From: an uncultured Lentisphaerota bacterium
Lineage (GTDB): Bacteria; Verrucomicrobiota; Kiritimatiellia; CAIQIC01
Assembly: GCA_903912445.1 (NCBI GenBank)
Contig: CAIWHP010000110.1
Span: 15,612-79,611 of the forward strand
Direction of reading: 5' to 3'
DNA length: 64,000 bases
Below, piece by piece: positions 17,148 to 26,449 of this stretch. The notes beneath the pieces were generated by a model. The model did no database searches. It worked only from the letters and a program-made list of their open reading frames with translations, and was not told the DNA's origin. Position numbers and translations under genes: made by a program. Numbering within the stretch: position 1 is the first letter of the stretch; the number at the start of each line of letters is the position of its first letter.

Positions 17148-19151
17148 ATGAAAATGCTCGGCAACCTCGCAGCGGCCCTGCTGTTGTTCGGAAACGTCGC
17201 GCACGCGAAGGACGGCTTCCCGCAAGCGGGCGGCATCCCGCAGAACGTCACCGAACTTTGGGCGGGTTTCCCTGCATTCGACAAGGCCACCCCGCTGAAC
17301 GTCGAGGTGCTCAAGGCGTGGGAGCAGGATGGCGTGGTCTGCCGGCTCATCCGCTATCAGGTCGGTGTGTTCAAGGGCGCCTCGTCCAAAGTCGCCGCGT
17401 TCTACGCCTTTCCCAAGGGCGCAGAGAAACTGCCGGCGCTCTTGCAGCTGCACGGCGGCGGGCAGTCGGCCTCGCTCGACTGCGTGGTGGCCGACGCCAA
17501 GAACGGCTATGCGAGCCTCTCGCTCAACTGGGGCGGCAACCAATTGAACCTGGGCCGCTCGCAGGAAACCTACAGCGGGCCGCAGACCGACTGGGGCCAG
17601 CTTGATGCAACGCATCCGCCGCAGCGCAACAGCAAGAATCATTTCGCCGGTCCGCTCACGCCGGACGAGTTCACGCTCGACAGCGTCGAGTCGCCGCGCA
17701 ACAGCAACTGGTTCCTCGTGCTGACCGCGGCGCGGCGCGCGCTCACGTTTCTGGAGCAGCAGCCCGAAGTGGATGGCGCGCGCATCGGCGTCAGCGGCCA
17801 TTCCATGGGCGGCAAGCTGACCACCGATCTCGCGGGGATCGACCCGCGCGTGAAGGCCGCGGTGCCCTCGTGCGGCGGCGCGGGCGACATCCTGGAGAGC
17901 CAGACCGACCTGCCCGGCTGCGCCAAGAAAAACATCCCCGCCATGGAACTGGCCTGCGTCTCCGACAACGCCTACATCCCGCGCATCGCCTGCCCCGTAC
18001 TCTGGCTCTCGCCCGTCAACGACTTCCACGCGCACATTGACCACATGGCGTGGAACTGGCGCAACGTGCCCGACGACCGCGTGCGCTTCAGCATGGCCCC
18101 GCACCTGAACCACCGCCATACCGGCGAGCACGGCATCACGAAATTGCTCTGGTTCGAGCAGCACCTGAAGGGCGCGTTCACTTTCCCTCAGACGCCGCGC
18201 TTCGCGCTGAACCTCAAAACCGCCGATGGCGTCCCCACCCTCACCGTCACGCCGGACGAGTCGCGCCCGGTCAGGTGCGTGGACATCTATTACTCGGTTG
18301 ATCCGCACGAACTGACCCGCTTCTGGCGCGACGCGCCGGCGGTGAAGAGCGGCAACGCATGGCAGGCCAGCTGCCCGATCATGAGCCTCGAGCAGCCGCT
18401 GTTCGCCTACGCCAACGTCGTCTATGACACGCCGGCGCAATACCGCAACGTCGCACGCTCGCCCGGACAGGAGAACTCCGATCTGTTTGCCATCAGCTCG
18501 CGCGTCCTCTCGGCCGCGCCGGCGCAGTTGCGGGCGGCGGGCGTGAAGGCCACCGACAAGCCGGACCGGATGATTGACGACGGCGCGCGCGGCTGGCGCG
18601 ACTGGTATCGCCTGAACTGGGGCCATCCGCCGCTCTGGCACGCCTTCACGCGCAAACTGAAAGACGAAAAGTGGCGCGGCCCCGGCGGCGCAAAACTGGT
18701 GTTCGAGATCAAGTGTACGAAGGACAACACGCTCGTGGTCACCTTCAACTGCAACGCTTGGGGCGCCTGCCAGCCGGGCAAGCCCGCCGTTGATTACACG
18801 GTCGTGAAGCAACTGAAAGGCTCCGCCGACTGGCAGGCGATCACGGTGAGCCTCGGCGAACTGGCCGCCAACGATCCGAAGATCACTGCGCCGCTCGCCA
18901 ACTGGCAGACCGTCACCGAGTTCAGCATCAGCCCCAGCGGCGAAATGGTCCGCGACGGACAGAAGGTGAAAGTGAACGGCAAGGCCTGGGATGGCCCGCG
19001 CGAAATCCGCAACCTGCGCTGGGAGGGCGGCGCCTACCCGGCGCAGGCCAGCGCGGCGGCGGCGCTGAGCCGGGCGGAGCACGAGAAAGCCTTCAACGAC
19101 GCCATCAATAAATCCATCGAGCAGGAAAAGCAGGATGCCAAAAGCAAGTAA
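17148..19151 (+). CDS. Secreted alpha/beta hydrolase (acetyl-esterase/dienelactone hydrolase-like)
   Basis: Signal peptide MKMLGNLAAALLLFGNVAHA. Nucleophile elbow GVSGHSMGG. LLQLHGGGQ. Confidence 0.7.
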   Translation: MKMLGNLAAALLLFGNVAHAKDGFPQAGGIPQNVTELWAGFPAFDKATPLNVEVLKAWEQDGVVCRLIRYQVGVFKGASSKVAAFYAFPKGAEKLPALLQLHGGGQSASLDCVVADAKNGYASLSLNWGGNQLNLGRSQETYSGPQTDWGQLDATHPPQRNSKNHFAGPLTPDEFTLDSVESPRNSNWFLVLTAARRALTFLEQQPEVDGARIGVSGHSMGGKLTTDLAGIDPRVKAAVPSCGGAGDILESQTDLPGCAKKNIPAMELACVSDNAYIPRIACPVLWLSPVNDFHAHIDHMAWNWRNVPDDRVRFSMAPHLNHRHTGEHGITKLLWFEQHLKGAFTFPQTPRFALNLKTADGVPTLTVTPDESRPVRCVDIYYSVDPHELTRFWRDAPAVKSGNAWQASCPIMSLEQPLFAYANVVYDTPAQYRNVARSPGQENSDLFAISSRVLSAAPAQLRAAGVKATDKPDRMIDDGARGWRDWYRLNWGHPPLWHAFTRKLKDEKWRGPGGAKLVFEIKCTKDNTLVVTFNCNAWGACQPGKPAVDYTVVKQLKGSADWQAITVSLGELAANDPKITAPLANWQTVTEFSISPSGEMVRDGQKVKVNGKAWDGPREIRNLRWEGGAYPAQASAAAALSRAEHEKAFNDAINKSIEQEKQDAKSK

Positions 19152-19175
19152 GCTGAGCGGCTGCCCCGCCTGCCC

Positions 19176-19257
19176 TTTTCCAAGGGTTGGAACCCCCAGC
19201 CCATGATTTTTCCAAGCCTTGAAAAAAACAAGATCCGCCGTTTCCAAGCCTTGGAAA
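19176..19257. repeat. Triplet of TTCCAAG..TTGGAA palindromes at 32-bp phasing
   Basis: ttttccaagggttggaa (19176-19192), tttttccaagccttgaaaaaaa (19207-19228) and tttccaagccttggaaa (19241-19257). Copies 2 and 3 overlap the first 18 codons of the ORF starting at 19203. Confidence 0.75.
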
Positions 19258-22178
19258 CGCTCGGCAGCCTCATCGCGTTCGCAGCGGTTTCCGCGTGCGG
19301 CGGCACGGCGGAACTGAAGACCGAACGTTTCCAACTGCATTTCGGCGTTGATGGGCGGCCGGCTTCCGTGTGCACACTTCCGGGCGGAGAAGAATTGCTG
19401 GATATGAACTCGCGCCGCGCGGGCTTCTATCTCGAAGACGCCGCCCGCAAACGAACGGCCTTGAGCGCCGTGACGTTCGGCGCCGATGGACGGCTGACAG
19501 CGCGCACGGCTGACGGCAAGCAGGCTGTGACCTTCGGCGTACACACGGCCGAACGCCACCTCGCGCTGCGCATCGAAAAGCTGGCCGGCATCCCGGCGCA
19601 ACCCGGCACGTCGCTGCATTTCGAGATGAACGGGAGCGGGCGGATGCGCGCGACGGAGCTCGATTACATGACCCGCGTGCAGAACGAGTCGTATGGCGTG
19701 CGGGTGCACTGGGAGGAGCTCTGGCATCGGTCTCCGGGGGAACCGCCCGGCGGCGTCGCGCTCTTCGTGCGGCAGGATGAAGCCGATGAGGACGAGACGC
19801 TGCTGCGCATCTGGGTTGAGGAAAAACTGGCACACCCGAAGGTGCAAGGCGCATGGACGCTCGACCGGGCGCGCGCCTGGCTCGCCGACTGGCAGAAGCT
19901 GTTCGCGGACCGCAGCCAGATGATCGTGGAAGGCGCGGACCTCGCCGAACTGCGCGCCGCGCTGCCATGGGCCGAGCAGGCGCGCATCAAGGAAATCTAT
20001 CTGTTCACGCAGACGTGGCGAACGGATAACTTCTGGCCCGGCAGCCACGGCCACGTCCACGTCAACCGGAAGGTCTTCCCCAATGGCGAGGACGATCTGC
20101 GCGCCTTCTCCGAGTTGGTGCGCGCCAAAGGCATGCGCCTGAACCTCCACTACGTCAGCGGCGGCATCGGCCGTGACGACACGACGTATGTCGGCTCCAA
20201 GCCCGACCGCCGGCTCGCGGGCTGGGTGCGCGGCAGGCTGGCCAAGCCTGCGGGCGCAACCGACACGGAGCTGGCGTTCGCGCCGCCAGGAGGAGCGAGT
20301 TATCCACCTGCCCTGCCCCACTTTTTCGAGCACAACCACGTCCGCATCGAGGACGAAATCGTGCGCGTTGGTTCCTTTGAGTGCGCTTCGGACGGCTCGT
20401 GGCGGTTGAAGAACTGTCGCCGTGGCCAGTTCCTGACGACGGCTGCTGCGCACGCGGCCGGCGCAGAGGCGCAGGGCCTCGTCGTCGCCTACGGCCAGAA
20501 TTACGTCCCCGACAACGACTCGACGCTGCTCGACGAAATGGCGGGGAACTTCGCGGGCTTCATCAACCGCTGCGGCATCGCGCACACCGAATATGACGGC
20601 GCGGAAATCCACTGCTATGACGGGAACTGGGGCTACCGGAAGTTCGCAACCAAGGTTTATGAGAATGTCGATCATCCGGTGACCGCGCACGACAGCAGCG
20701 GCAGCGCGCCGCGGTGCAACTTCGAATATCGCTTCAACAGCACGAAGCATATCCTGCGCGGCACGTGCCTCTTCACGCACGGCAACTGGAGCGCGCCGGT
20801 GGAACTCGCCTCGCCCTCGCGCGTCGCCAGCACGCTGCTGGACGCGAACTTCGTTTTGAGCCAGGGCCACCTCGGCGGCGCGCTGGGATTGTGCAAGCCG
20901 GAACCGATGTTCGCCGTCTCCGACAAGACGTTAAAGACGCATGGCCTATCCGACCGCCTGAGCGAAACGCTGCTGAACTGGAAAGCCATCAGCGCGCTGC
21001 TGACCGACGAGCAACAGGCGAAGCTGGCCGCGAGTTTCGGCAAGCCCACCGGTCACATGCCGGAGCACAGTCGCCATGTGGTCTCCCGTTTCGTCCAGAC
21101 CGCACGCCAGACCGCCACCGGTTATGAGCTCGTCCCCGTCTGCGTGCTGACCCGCAAAAGCGGCGACATCCTATGGCAACAGGGACAGGAGCATGGCGCC
21201 ATCTCGCCGCGGCAGTATGTGAAGCCGGGCGAGGAGCTCACGCTGGAGAATCCCTTTGCGGCGCAGCCGGCGAAGTTCATTGTCCGTGTGCTGTGGGCCT
21301 TCGATCCGCGGGGGCGCGCCGAACCGCTGAAGAGCGCGGGCAACAAGGCCGTGCCGCAGGCACGCGCGTCCGACCTGTTCACCGCGGGGAACGCTGGCCA
21401 AGGTCGAGGCCCAAGCAACACCACGGTAAATCTGACCCTGCAACCAAGCCTCGCCGCGCTCCGCATGGCTGCCGATGCGCCGCTGAAAAACAGCGTTACC
21501 GCAGACGGTCGCGCGCTGTGCATCCACGCAGAGAACGCGGGCTCGTCAGGAACGTGGGCGGACCTGAAGCGCCTGCCGGAATGGAGCGCGCCGATGGACC
21601 TGACGGGGCGACGCGGCCTCGGCCTGCGCGTGACGGGCGACGGCAGCGGCGCGCTGCTGGTCTTCATGTTCGCGGGCCGTGACTATGTGGTGCCGATAGA
21701 TTTTGTGGGCACCCGCGACATCGAAATCCCCAACGGCGAAGTGGCGTGGGCGGCCGGCTGCTGGGGCTGGCGACCGGCAACCAAGCACGCGGACTACGCG
21801 CACCAGCGCTGGTGCCGCCTGGGCCTGGCTTATCTACCTCCCAAGACAAAAGCAGCGGTGCGCGTGGAAGGCCTCACGGCACTCGCGGAAACTCCGACGG
21901 AACTCAAAGATCCCATCATTCGTACCGGCACCGGTGCGCTGACGGTGAAGGGCGCCGTCGCCAGCGGGGAGTACCTGCAGTACGAAGGCGGCGCGACGGC
22001 GACGGTGTTCGACGAGAACTGGAATCGGCTTCGCAAGCTGCCGGTGGAGAAAAAGGCTTACGTGATGCCGTCCGGCTGGGCGCCGGTTTCCATCAGCGCC
22101 GCGGATTCACCGACGCCGCCATGGCTCGAAGTCCAGTTCATGACGGAAGGCGAAGCGTTGCTCGTGCCGGCGAAGTGA
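19203..22178 (+). CDS. Large hypothetical protein, possible lipoprotein; function unknown
   Basis: Long ORF with high-GC third positions. Lipobox-like AAVSAC after a basic N-region. Start is uncertain because the palindrome repeats lie in the first codons. No family recognised with confidence. Confidence 0.5.
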   Translation: MIFPSLEKNKIRRFQALETLGSLIAFAAVSACGGTAELKTERFQLHFGVDGRPASVCTLPGGEELLDMNSRRAGFYLEDAARKRTALSAVTFGADGRLTARTADGKQAVTFGVHTAERHLALRIEKLAGIPAQPGTSLHFEMNGSGRMRATELDYMTRVQNESYGVRVHWEELWHRSPGEPPGGVALFVRQDEADEDETLLRIWVEEKLAHPKVQGAWTLDRARAWLADWQKLFADRSQMIVEGADLAELRAALPWAEQARIKEIYLFTQTWRTDNFWPGSHGHVHVNRKVFPNGEDDLRAFSELVRAKGMRLNLHYVSGGIGRDDTTYVGSKPDRRLAGWVRGRLAKPAGATDTELAFAPPGGASYPPALPHFFEHNHVRIEDEIVRVGSFECASDGSWRLKNCRRGQFLTTAAAHAAGAEAQGLVVAYGQNYVPDNDSTLLDEMAGNFAGFINRCGIAHTEYDGAEIHCYDGNWGYRKFATKVYENVDHPVTAHDSSGSAPRCNFEYRFNSTKHILRGTCLFTHGNWSAPVELASPSRVASTLLDANFVLSQGHLGGALGLCKPEPMFAVSDKTLKTHGLSDRLSETLLNWKAISALLTDEQQAKLAASFGKPTGHMPEHSRHVVSRFVQTARQTATGYELVPVCVLTRKSGDILWQQGQEHGAISPRQYVKPGEELTLENPFAAQPAKFIVRVLWAFDPRGRAEPLKSAGNKAVPQARASDLFTAGNAGQGRGPSNTTVNLTLQPSLAALRMAADAPLKNSVTADGRALCIHAENAGSSGTWADLKRLPEWSAPMDLTGRRGLGLRVTGDGSGALLVFMFAGRDYVVPIDFVGTRDIEIPNGEVAWAAGCWGWRPATKHADYAHQRWCRLGLAYLPPKTKAAVRVEGLTALAETPTELKDPIIRTGTGALTVKGAVASGEYLQYEGGATATVFDENWNRLRKLPVEKKAYVMPSGWAPVSISAADSPTPPWLEVQFMTEGEALLVPAK

Positions 22179-22323
22179 TGCTGGTTCAACGAGGCCCACA
22201 CTGCCGCTTCGCCGACCACAAAGAGCAGGTCATCGCCCTCCTCCAGCGCGTCTGCACCATCGGCGTCGAGACGATGCAGAGCGTGCATGCCATGCCGTAA
22301 TGCGCGAGGCATGAGCTTCCCAG

Positions 22324-22532
22324 CCGTGGAGTGCGCAAGCGCGCTTGCGCCTTGTTAGGCGGAGCTTGCTCCGCCGCAGGTGAACATGCCGATTGAACCT
22401 TGGAGTGGCGCAGCAAGCTGCCACGTCGAAGGCGCAAGCAGCCGAGCCAAAGGCGAGACGGGCGGAGCCAACCTTGCGTACTCCACGGCGGAGCCTCGCG
22501 GCACGTGCAGCAACGGCGCTCACAGAGCGCCG
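22324..22532. repeat. Array of REP-like hairpins enclosed by a 16-bp inverted repeat
   Basis: ccgtggagtgcgcaag (22324-22339) versus cttgcgtactccacgg (22473-22488), 15/16 complementary. Internal palindromes: gcgcaagcgcgcttgcgc (22333-22350), ggcggag-cttg-ctccgcc (22358-22375), cggcgct-cacag-agcgccg (22514-22532). Confidence 0.6.
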
Positions 22533-22606
22533 CTACAGGAGCCGGGCTGCAGTGTTTGTGTGGTTGGGGTGCGTCGGATCGGAGACCCGGCACACCCGCC
22601 TGCCCC

Positions 22607-22653
22607 AGAAAATAAAACCGCCGGATTTTCCAAGGCCTGGAAAAATCCGGCGG
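22607..22653 (-). terminator. Rho-independent terminator of the outer-membrane protein gene, built on a copy of the palindrome
   Basis: About 15-bp stem with one bulge, ccgccggattttcca / tggaaaaatccggcgg. On the minus strand it is followed by TTTTATTTTCT. Lies 22 nt after the stop at 22675. Confidence 0.7.
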
Positions 22654-22674
22654 CAGGTCGGTCGGCGCGACAGC

Positions 22675-23244
22675 TCAGAAGTAGTAGCGCAGGCCGAGCT
22701 CGATGCGGGCGCCGGTCTTGCTCGTGGCACCGTCCCTGCGCTCGTAGAGGTCGCTGGTCGCGGCCGAGAGCAAGAGGGCGGTGGTGATGGCAAACTGGTC
22801 GGTGACGAAGAACTTCAGGCCGCCATAGACGTCGAGGTTGAGCGCGTTCTTGATGTCGCTGTCCTCCTGCGCCACGATCAGGCCGGTGTCCGGGCTGATG
22901 ATCATCGTGGTGTTCACGACCTTGGCGTGCTGGAAGGTGATCGTGGAGCCGACGAAAGGCACGACGACGGGCAGGTCGAGCTCGAAGTTATATTCCGCCT
23001 TCGGGCCGAAGCCGAACGTGGTGACGGCATCGTTGTGCTGCACATTGATGACGCCACCGACCTCGAAATAATCCATGATGAAGTAGCCGTAGCCGACGCG
23101 GAGCTGCTCGCTGACGCCCGCGGCGCTCTCGAAGTTGATGCCGCCGGCAAGGTCGAGCGACTGGGTGTCGGCGCCCAATTTCACGGCCTGGCTCTGGGTG
23201 GCCAAGCCCAAGACTGCGGCCAGCATGACAAACGATTTCTTCAT
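22675..23244 (-). CDS. Small outer-membrane beta-barrel protein (OmpW/porin-like)
   Basis: The internal ATG gives the signal peptide MKKSFVMLAAVLGLATQSQA. Alternating beta-strand pattern. C-terminal ...RIELGLRYYF with a terminal Phe. Confidence 0.6.
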   Translation of the reverse strand: MKKSFVMLAAVLGLATQSQAVKLGADTQSLDLAGGINFESAAGVSEQLRVGYGYFIMDYFEVGGVINVQHNDAVTTFGFGPKAEYNFELDLPVVVPFVGSTITFQHAKVVNTTMIISPDTGLIVAQEDSDIKNALNLDVYGGLKFFVTDQFAITTALLLSAATSDLYERRDGATSKTGARIELGLRYYF

Positions 23245-23333
23245 TTTTGGTTCTCCTGATGTAGCGGTGCTACGGCGATGTATCTCCCAAATTTCCGCGA
23301 GCAACGCAATGCAAATTTCAGCACCCGGCCGGG

Positions 23334-25025
23334 TCAGTCGTTATAGATGCGCTGCAGAATCCGGGCATCGGGTTGCAAGGCGGTGGGCAAGCCGGCGATG
23401 TCCGCGAGCGCATCCACGATCACGGCGACGCGCCGGCTGCTTTGGAGCGCAAGCTGGAGCATCCCGCGCTGCAGGTCGGGCACCTTCCCGAGGTGACCCC
23501 CGCTGAGCGTCTCGACAGCGCCGCTGATGACGGCCAAGGGCTGGCGCAGCTCCTGCACAACCTCGGCCAGCGTGGCGATGATCTCCCTGCGCGTGAACGC
23601 CTGCTTTTGGGCCACCTGCGCATCGGATGCAGCGGGCAGCGGGAGCATCGCCTTGATCTTCCCGCGCAGGGTGCCCAGCTTCTGCTCCACCCCGGCCATG
23701 GCCACATCCATGCCCGTGCCGATCTGGGACACGAGCGCCTCGACCTGCGTTTGCAGGGGCGCGGCGCTGGGCGGCGGCGTGGCCGGATTCAACAGTTCGG
23801 TCAGGCGGAGCAGCAGCAGGGTCAACGGCGGCGCGTCGCCGGCGGCGCCGCCGGCCTTGCCTCCCGCGGAGGCGCTTTTCTGCAACAGGGCGCCCCAGGC
23901 GCTGTCCGTCACTCCGCTGGCGGTCAGCTGCTGCTGCACTTTCCCCAGCGCGTCGGTGCGTTCCGGGTGGCCCTGCTGGGCCTTCAGGAAGCGGACGAGG
24001 CGTTTTTCGCTGATGGCGCTCTGTTGTCGCTTCTTCACATAATCATCGACGAGGCCCTCCCTGCGCAGGTCGCCGAGCATTTCGCCGACCGCCTCCTCGA
24101 TCGCCGGCGCGGCCGCGGCCGCGGCCTCCGCTCCGGCCACGTTCCGCAGTTTTTCGATGACTTCCTTTTCCAGCATGATCAGCGTCTGCTGGACGGCCTT
24201 CTTGCCCTGCTTGGTCTTTGCCGCAGGCGTCGCGGCCAGATGGCCATGGAGACGGCGCAGGCAACCGACAACGAGGTTGCCGAGCTGCTCGCCCCCCGCG
24301 ACCTGGGCCGTTTCGGGCCGGATATCCGCCGAACGAAGCAACAGTTCCGCCAGCCGGGAGGGTTGCGACGCCAGCGCGGCCGCCTCCGGTGAAACCGTCA
24401 GCGCCCCTCCGGCGTAGCTTTGTAGATACGCGATGATTTCGGAGCCGATCGCGGCCACCTTGGAAGGCTTTTTCGCCGGCGCCGGCAGTGCTTCGTTGGC
24501 CAGAGCTTGCTTGCGCACGACCACGTCGTCATCTGAAACCGCCTGATAGCTCAGGCGCTTCAAGTGCAGATGGGTGAAACCGTCTTGGGCGGGAGGTTGG
24601 GCGAGGGCCTTTGCGGATGCAACCGCATCGGGGGCTGTGCCAAGAATCATCATCAAGCGCTGGAACTCGTCGCGGCTGATGCCTTGGGTCAGTTCGAGGG
24701 AACTGAGCCCGAGGGCGTTCCAACGGCGCAGCAGGGTGCGCAACAGGGCGGTATTCGGCTCGACGACCTGAGCGTCGCAGAGGAGATTCTTGTGATCGGC
24801 GCCCAGCGTCACGCTGGGTTGCCGGGCCGTCATCTGGCTGAGGGCGGCAAACCCATCGTCCAAAGCCTGTTGGGTGGCTTTGTGCTGCGCGCCAAAGATG
24901 CTCAAGCTGTTGAGCACCTGGCCCAGGCGGCGCAGCAAATCCACCGCCTCTTTCCGCCCCGCTGGCGCGGACGAGTCCTCAGTGACCGCCGGCCGCAATA
25001 TGGGCTGCTCTTCGGGCATAAACAA
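23334..25025 (-). CDS. Hypothetical cytoplasmic protein with a C-terminal HisKA-like helix lacking the phospho-acceptor His
   Basis: Long ORF with Ala/Leu/Gln-rich helical sequence. The C-terminal LAEVVQELRQPLAVISGAVETL resembles the H-box (S-H-E-L-R-T-P-L) with Q in place of H. No ATPase domain. Confidence 0.5.
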   Translation of the reverse strand: MFMPEEQPILRPAVTEDSSAPAGRKEAVDLLRRLGQVLNSLSIFGAQHKATQQALDDGFAALSQMTARQPSVTLGADHKNLLCDAQVVEPNTALLRTLLRRWNALGLSSLELTQGISRDEFQRLMMILGTAPDAVASAKALAQPPAQDGFTHLHLKRLSYQAVSDDDVVVRKQALANEALPAPAKKPSKVAAIGSEIIAYLQSYAGGALTVSPEAAALASQPSRLAELLLRSADIRPETAQVAGGEQLGNLVVGCLRRLHGHLAATPAAKTKQGKKAVQQTLIMLEKEVIEKLRNVAGAEAAAAAAPAIEEAVGEMLGDLRREGLVDDYVKKRQQSAISEKRLVRFLKAQQGHPERTDALGKVQQQLTASGVTDSAWGALLQKSASAGGKAGGAAGDAPPLTLLLLRLTELLNPATPPPSAAPLQTQVEALVSQIGTGMDVAMAGVEQKLGTLRGKIKAMLPLPAASDAQVAQKQAFTRREIIATLAEVVQELRQPLAVISGAVETLSGGHLGKVPDLQRGMLQLALQSSRRVAVIVDALADIAGLPTALQPDARILQRIYND

Positions 25026-25044
25026 CCTGCACCCTACCCGCCTG

Positions 25045-26388
25045 CTAAGATGCCAGCTTTGCCGGTTTTTTCAACCAGACCAGCGCCTCAACGTGAAAGG
25101 AATGCGGAAACATATCCACCGGCTGCAGCCGTGTGACGCCGTAGCCGGCGGCGAGGAAGAGCGGCAGATCGCGCGCCAAGGTCGCCGGGTTGCACGAAAC
25201 GTAGAAGATGTGCGGGGCGCCGGCGGCGACAATTTTCTCGGTCGCCTTCGGATGCAGACCGGTGCGCGGCGGATCGATGACGATCAGGTCCGGCGCGTTG
25301 GCGAACACGGCCTCCGGGGCCTTCTCCACATCGGCGGCCAGCCACTCGATCTCCGGCAGGCTGTTGCGCTGCTGATTGCGCCGCGCAGCCTCGACGGAAG
25401 CGGGATGGGTCTCGACGGCGATGACGCGCCGGCCGGCGCGTGCCAGATGGAAGGCGATCGGCCCGGTGCCGGCATAGAGGTCGAGCGCGACGCGCGGCTG
25501 GACCTCGTCGGCCCACTGCGCCAGCAGCGCGAACATCTGCTCAGCCTGCAGCGTGTTGGTCTGGAAGAAGGTGGTCGGGCCGACCTCGAACGTCAGTCCG
25601 TTGAGCTGCTCCTCGATGGTGCCGGGGCCGCTCAGGAGCTCGACGCGCTCCAGCCGCGCAGAGTTGTGCAGCGTCGGGCTGATGCCCAGCAGCACGGTCG
25701 TCGCGAGGTCGCCGAGCACGGCGGGCAGCTCCGCGAAGGCCGGATGCGCCGTCGTCGCGGTCAGCATCACCATGCGCTGGCCGGTGCGCTTGCCCTCGCG
25801 CACGGTCACATCGCGCACCAGCCCCACCTTGCGCCGCTCATCGAACGGCGTCAGGTTCCGCGCCCGGCAGAACTCCACCAGGCGCCGGACCAGCTCCTGC
25901 GCCTGCGGCGACTGCAGACGGCATTCGGCGGCGGTGACGACCGCGTGGAAATCGCCGCGCCGGTGCATGCCGAGGACCGGCGCGTCCACCGGCCCGCCGA
26001 AGGAATAGACCATTTTGTTGCGGAAGAAATAGGGGTCGGCCATGCCGAGCACGTCGCCGATCTGGGCGGTGACCTCCGGCCAGGCGTGCAGCGCCTCCAG
26101 CAGGAAGCCGCGCTTCTGGGCAAGCTGCGTCGGGTAGTCCATGTTGAGCAGGCTGCAGCCGCCGCACGCGCCGAAGACGCCGCAGCCGGGCGCGCAGCGG
26201 TGCGGCGAGGCTTCCAATACTTCCAGCACGCGCGCAAAGGCGTAGTTGCGCTTGCGCCCCGTCAGCGCCACCCGGACGCGCTCGCCCGGCAGGGCGCCAT
26301 CCACAAAGATGACGTACCGCTCGTGGCGGGCCAGCGCCCGGCCTTCGAACACCGTCTTCTCGATCGTCACTTCCAGTTCGTTGTTCAT
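25045..26388 (-). CDS. 23S rRNA (uracil-C5)-methyltransferase, RlmD/RumA family
   Basis: TRAM-like N-terminus (FEGRALARHERYVIFVDGALPGERVRV). Fe-S Cys cluster CAPGCGVFGACGGCSL. SAM fold LDLYAGTGPIAFHLA. IDPPRTGL. YVSCNPATLARD. VDMFPHSFHVE. Confidence 0.85.
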   Translation of the reverse strand: MNNELEVTIEKTVFEGRALARHERYVIFVDGALPGERVRVALTGRKRNYAFARVLEVLEASPHRCAPGCGVFGACGGCSLLNMDYPTQLAQKRGFLLEALHAWPEVTAQIGDVLGMADPYFFRNKMVYSFGGPVDAPVLGMHRRGDFHAVVTAAECRLQSPQAQELVRRLVEFCRARNLTPFDERRKVGLVRDVTVREGKRTGQRMVMLTATTAHPAFAELPAVLGDLATTVLLGISPTLHNSARLERVELLSGPGTIEEQLNGLTFEVGPTTFFQTNTLQAEQMFALLAQWADEVQPRVALDLYAGTGPIAFHLARAGRRVIAVETHPASVEAARRNQQRNSLPEIEWLAADVEKAPEAVFANAPDLIVIDPPRTGLHPKATEKIVAAGAPHIFYVSCNPATLARDLPLFLAAGYGVTRLQPVDMFPHSFHVEALVWLKKPAKLAS

Positions 26389-26449
26389 GATTTTCAGTTT
26401 CGCGCAGAGAATACTTGCCCCGACGGCCAAAAGCGAACAAAGTCCGCGT

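Noticed and set aside
19176-19257. A possible CRISPR array, suggested by regularly spaced (32-bp period) palindromic repeats.
   Set aside because: There are only three copies of a 17-22 bp AT-rich palindrome, with spacers of about 12-14 bp. No cas genes are present. The same motif occurs as pairs at many promoters, so this is not CRISPR.
17124-20870. Very long antisense ORFs. Examples: 17124..20870 (-) 1248 aa, 41886..44495 (-) 869 aa, 15321..17117 (-), 176..1588 (-), 2551..3918 (-), 33202..35475 (+), 54150..56369 (+), 24874..26484 (+), 38847..40232 (-), 30959..32497 (+).
   Set aside because: These are shadow ORFs, typical of high-GC DNA. Each lies opposite a gene with clear family motifs. 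Their translations are Arg/Ala/Gly/Pro-rich with no recognisable domains.
22393-23259. A 288-aa plus-strand ORF across the outer-membrane protein locus.
   Set aside because: It lies antisense to a beta-barrel gene that has a signal peptide, a C-terminal Phe and its own terminator, and it starts inside the REP-like array.
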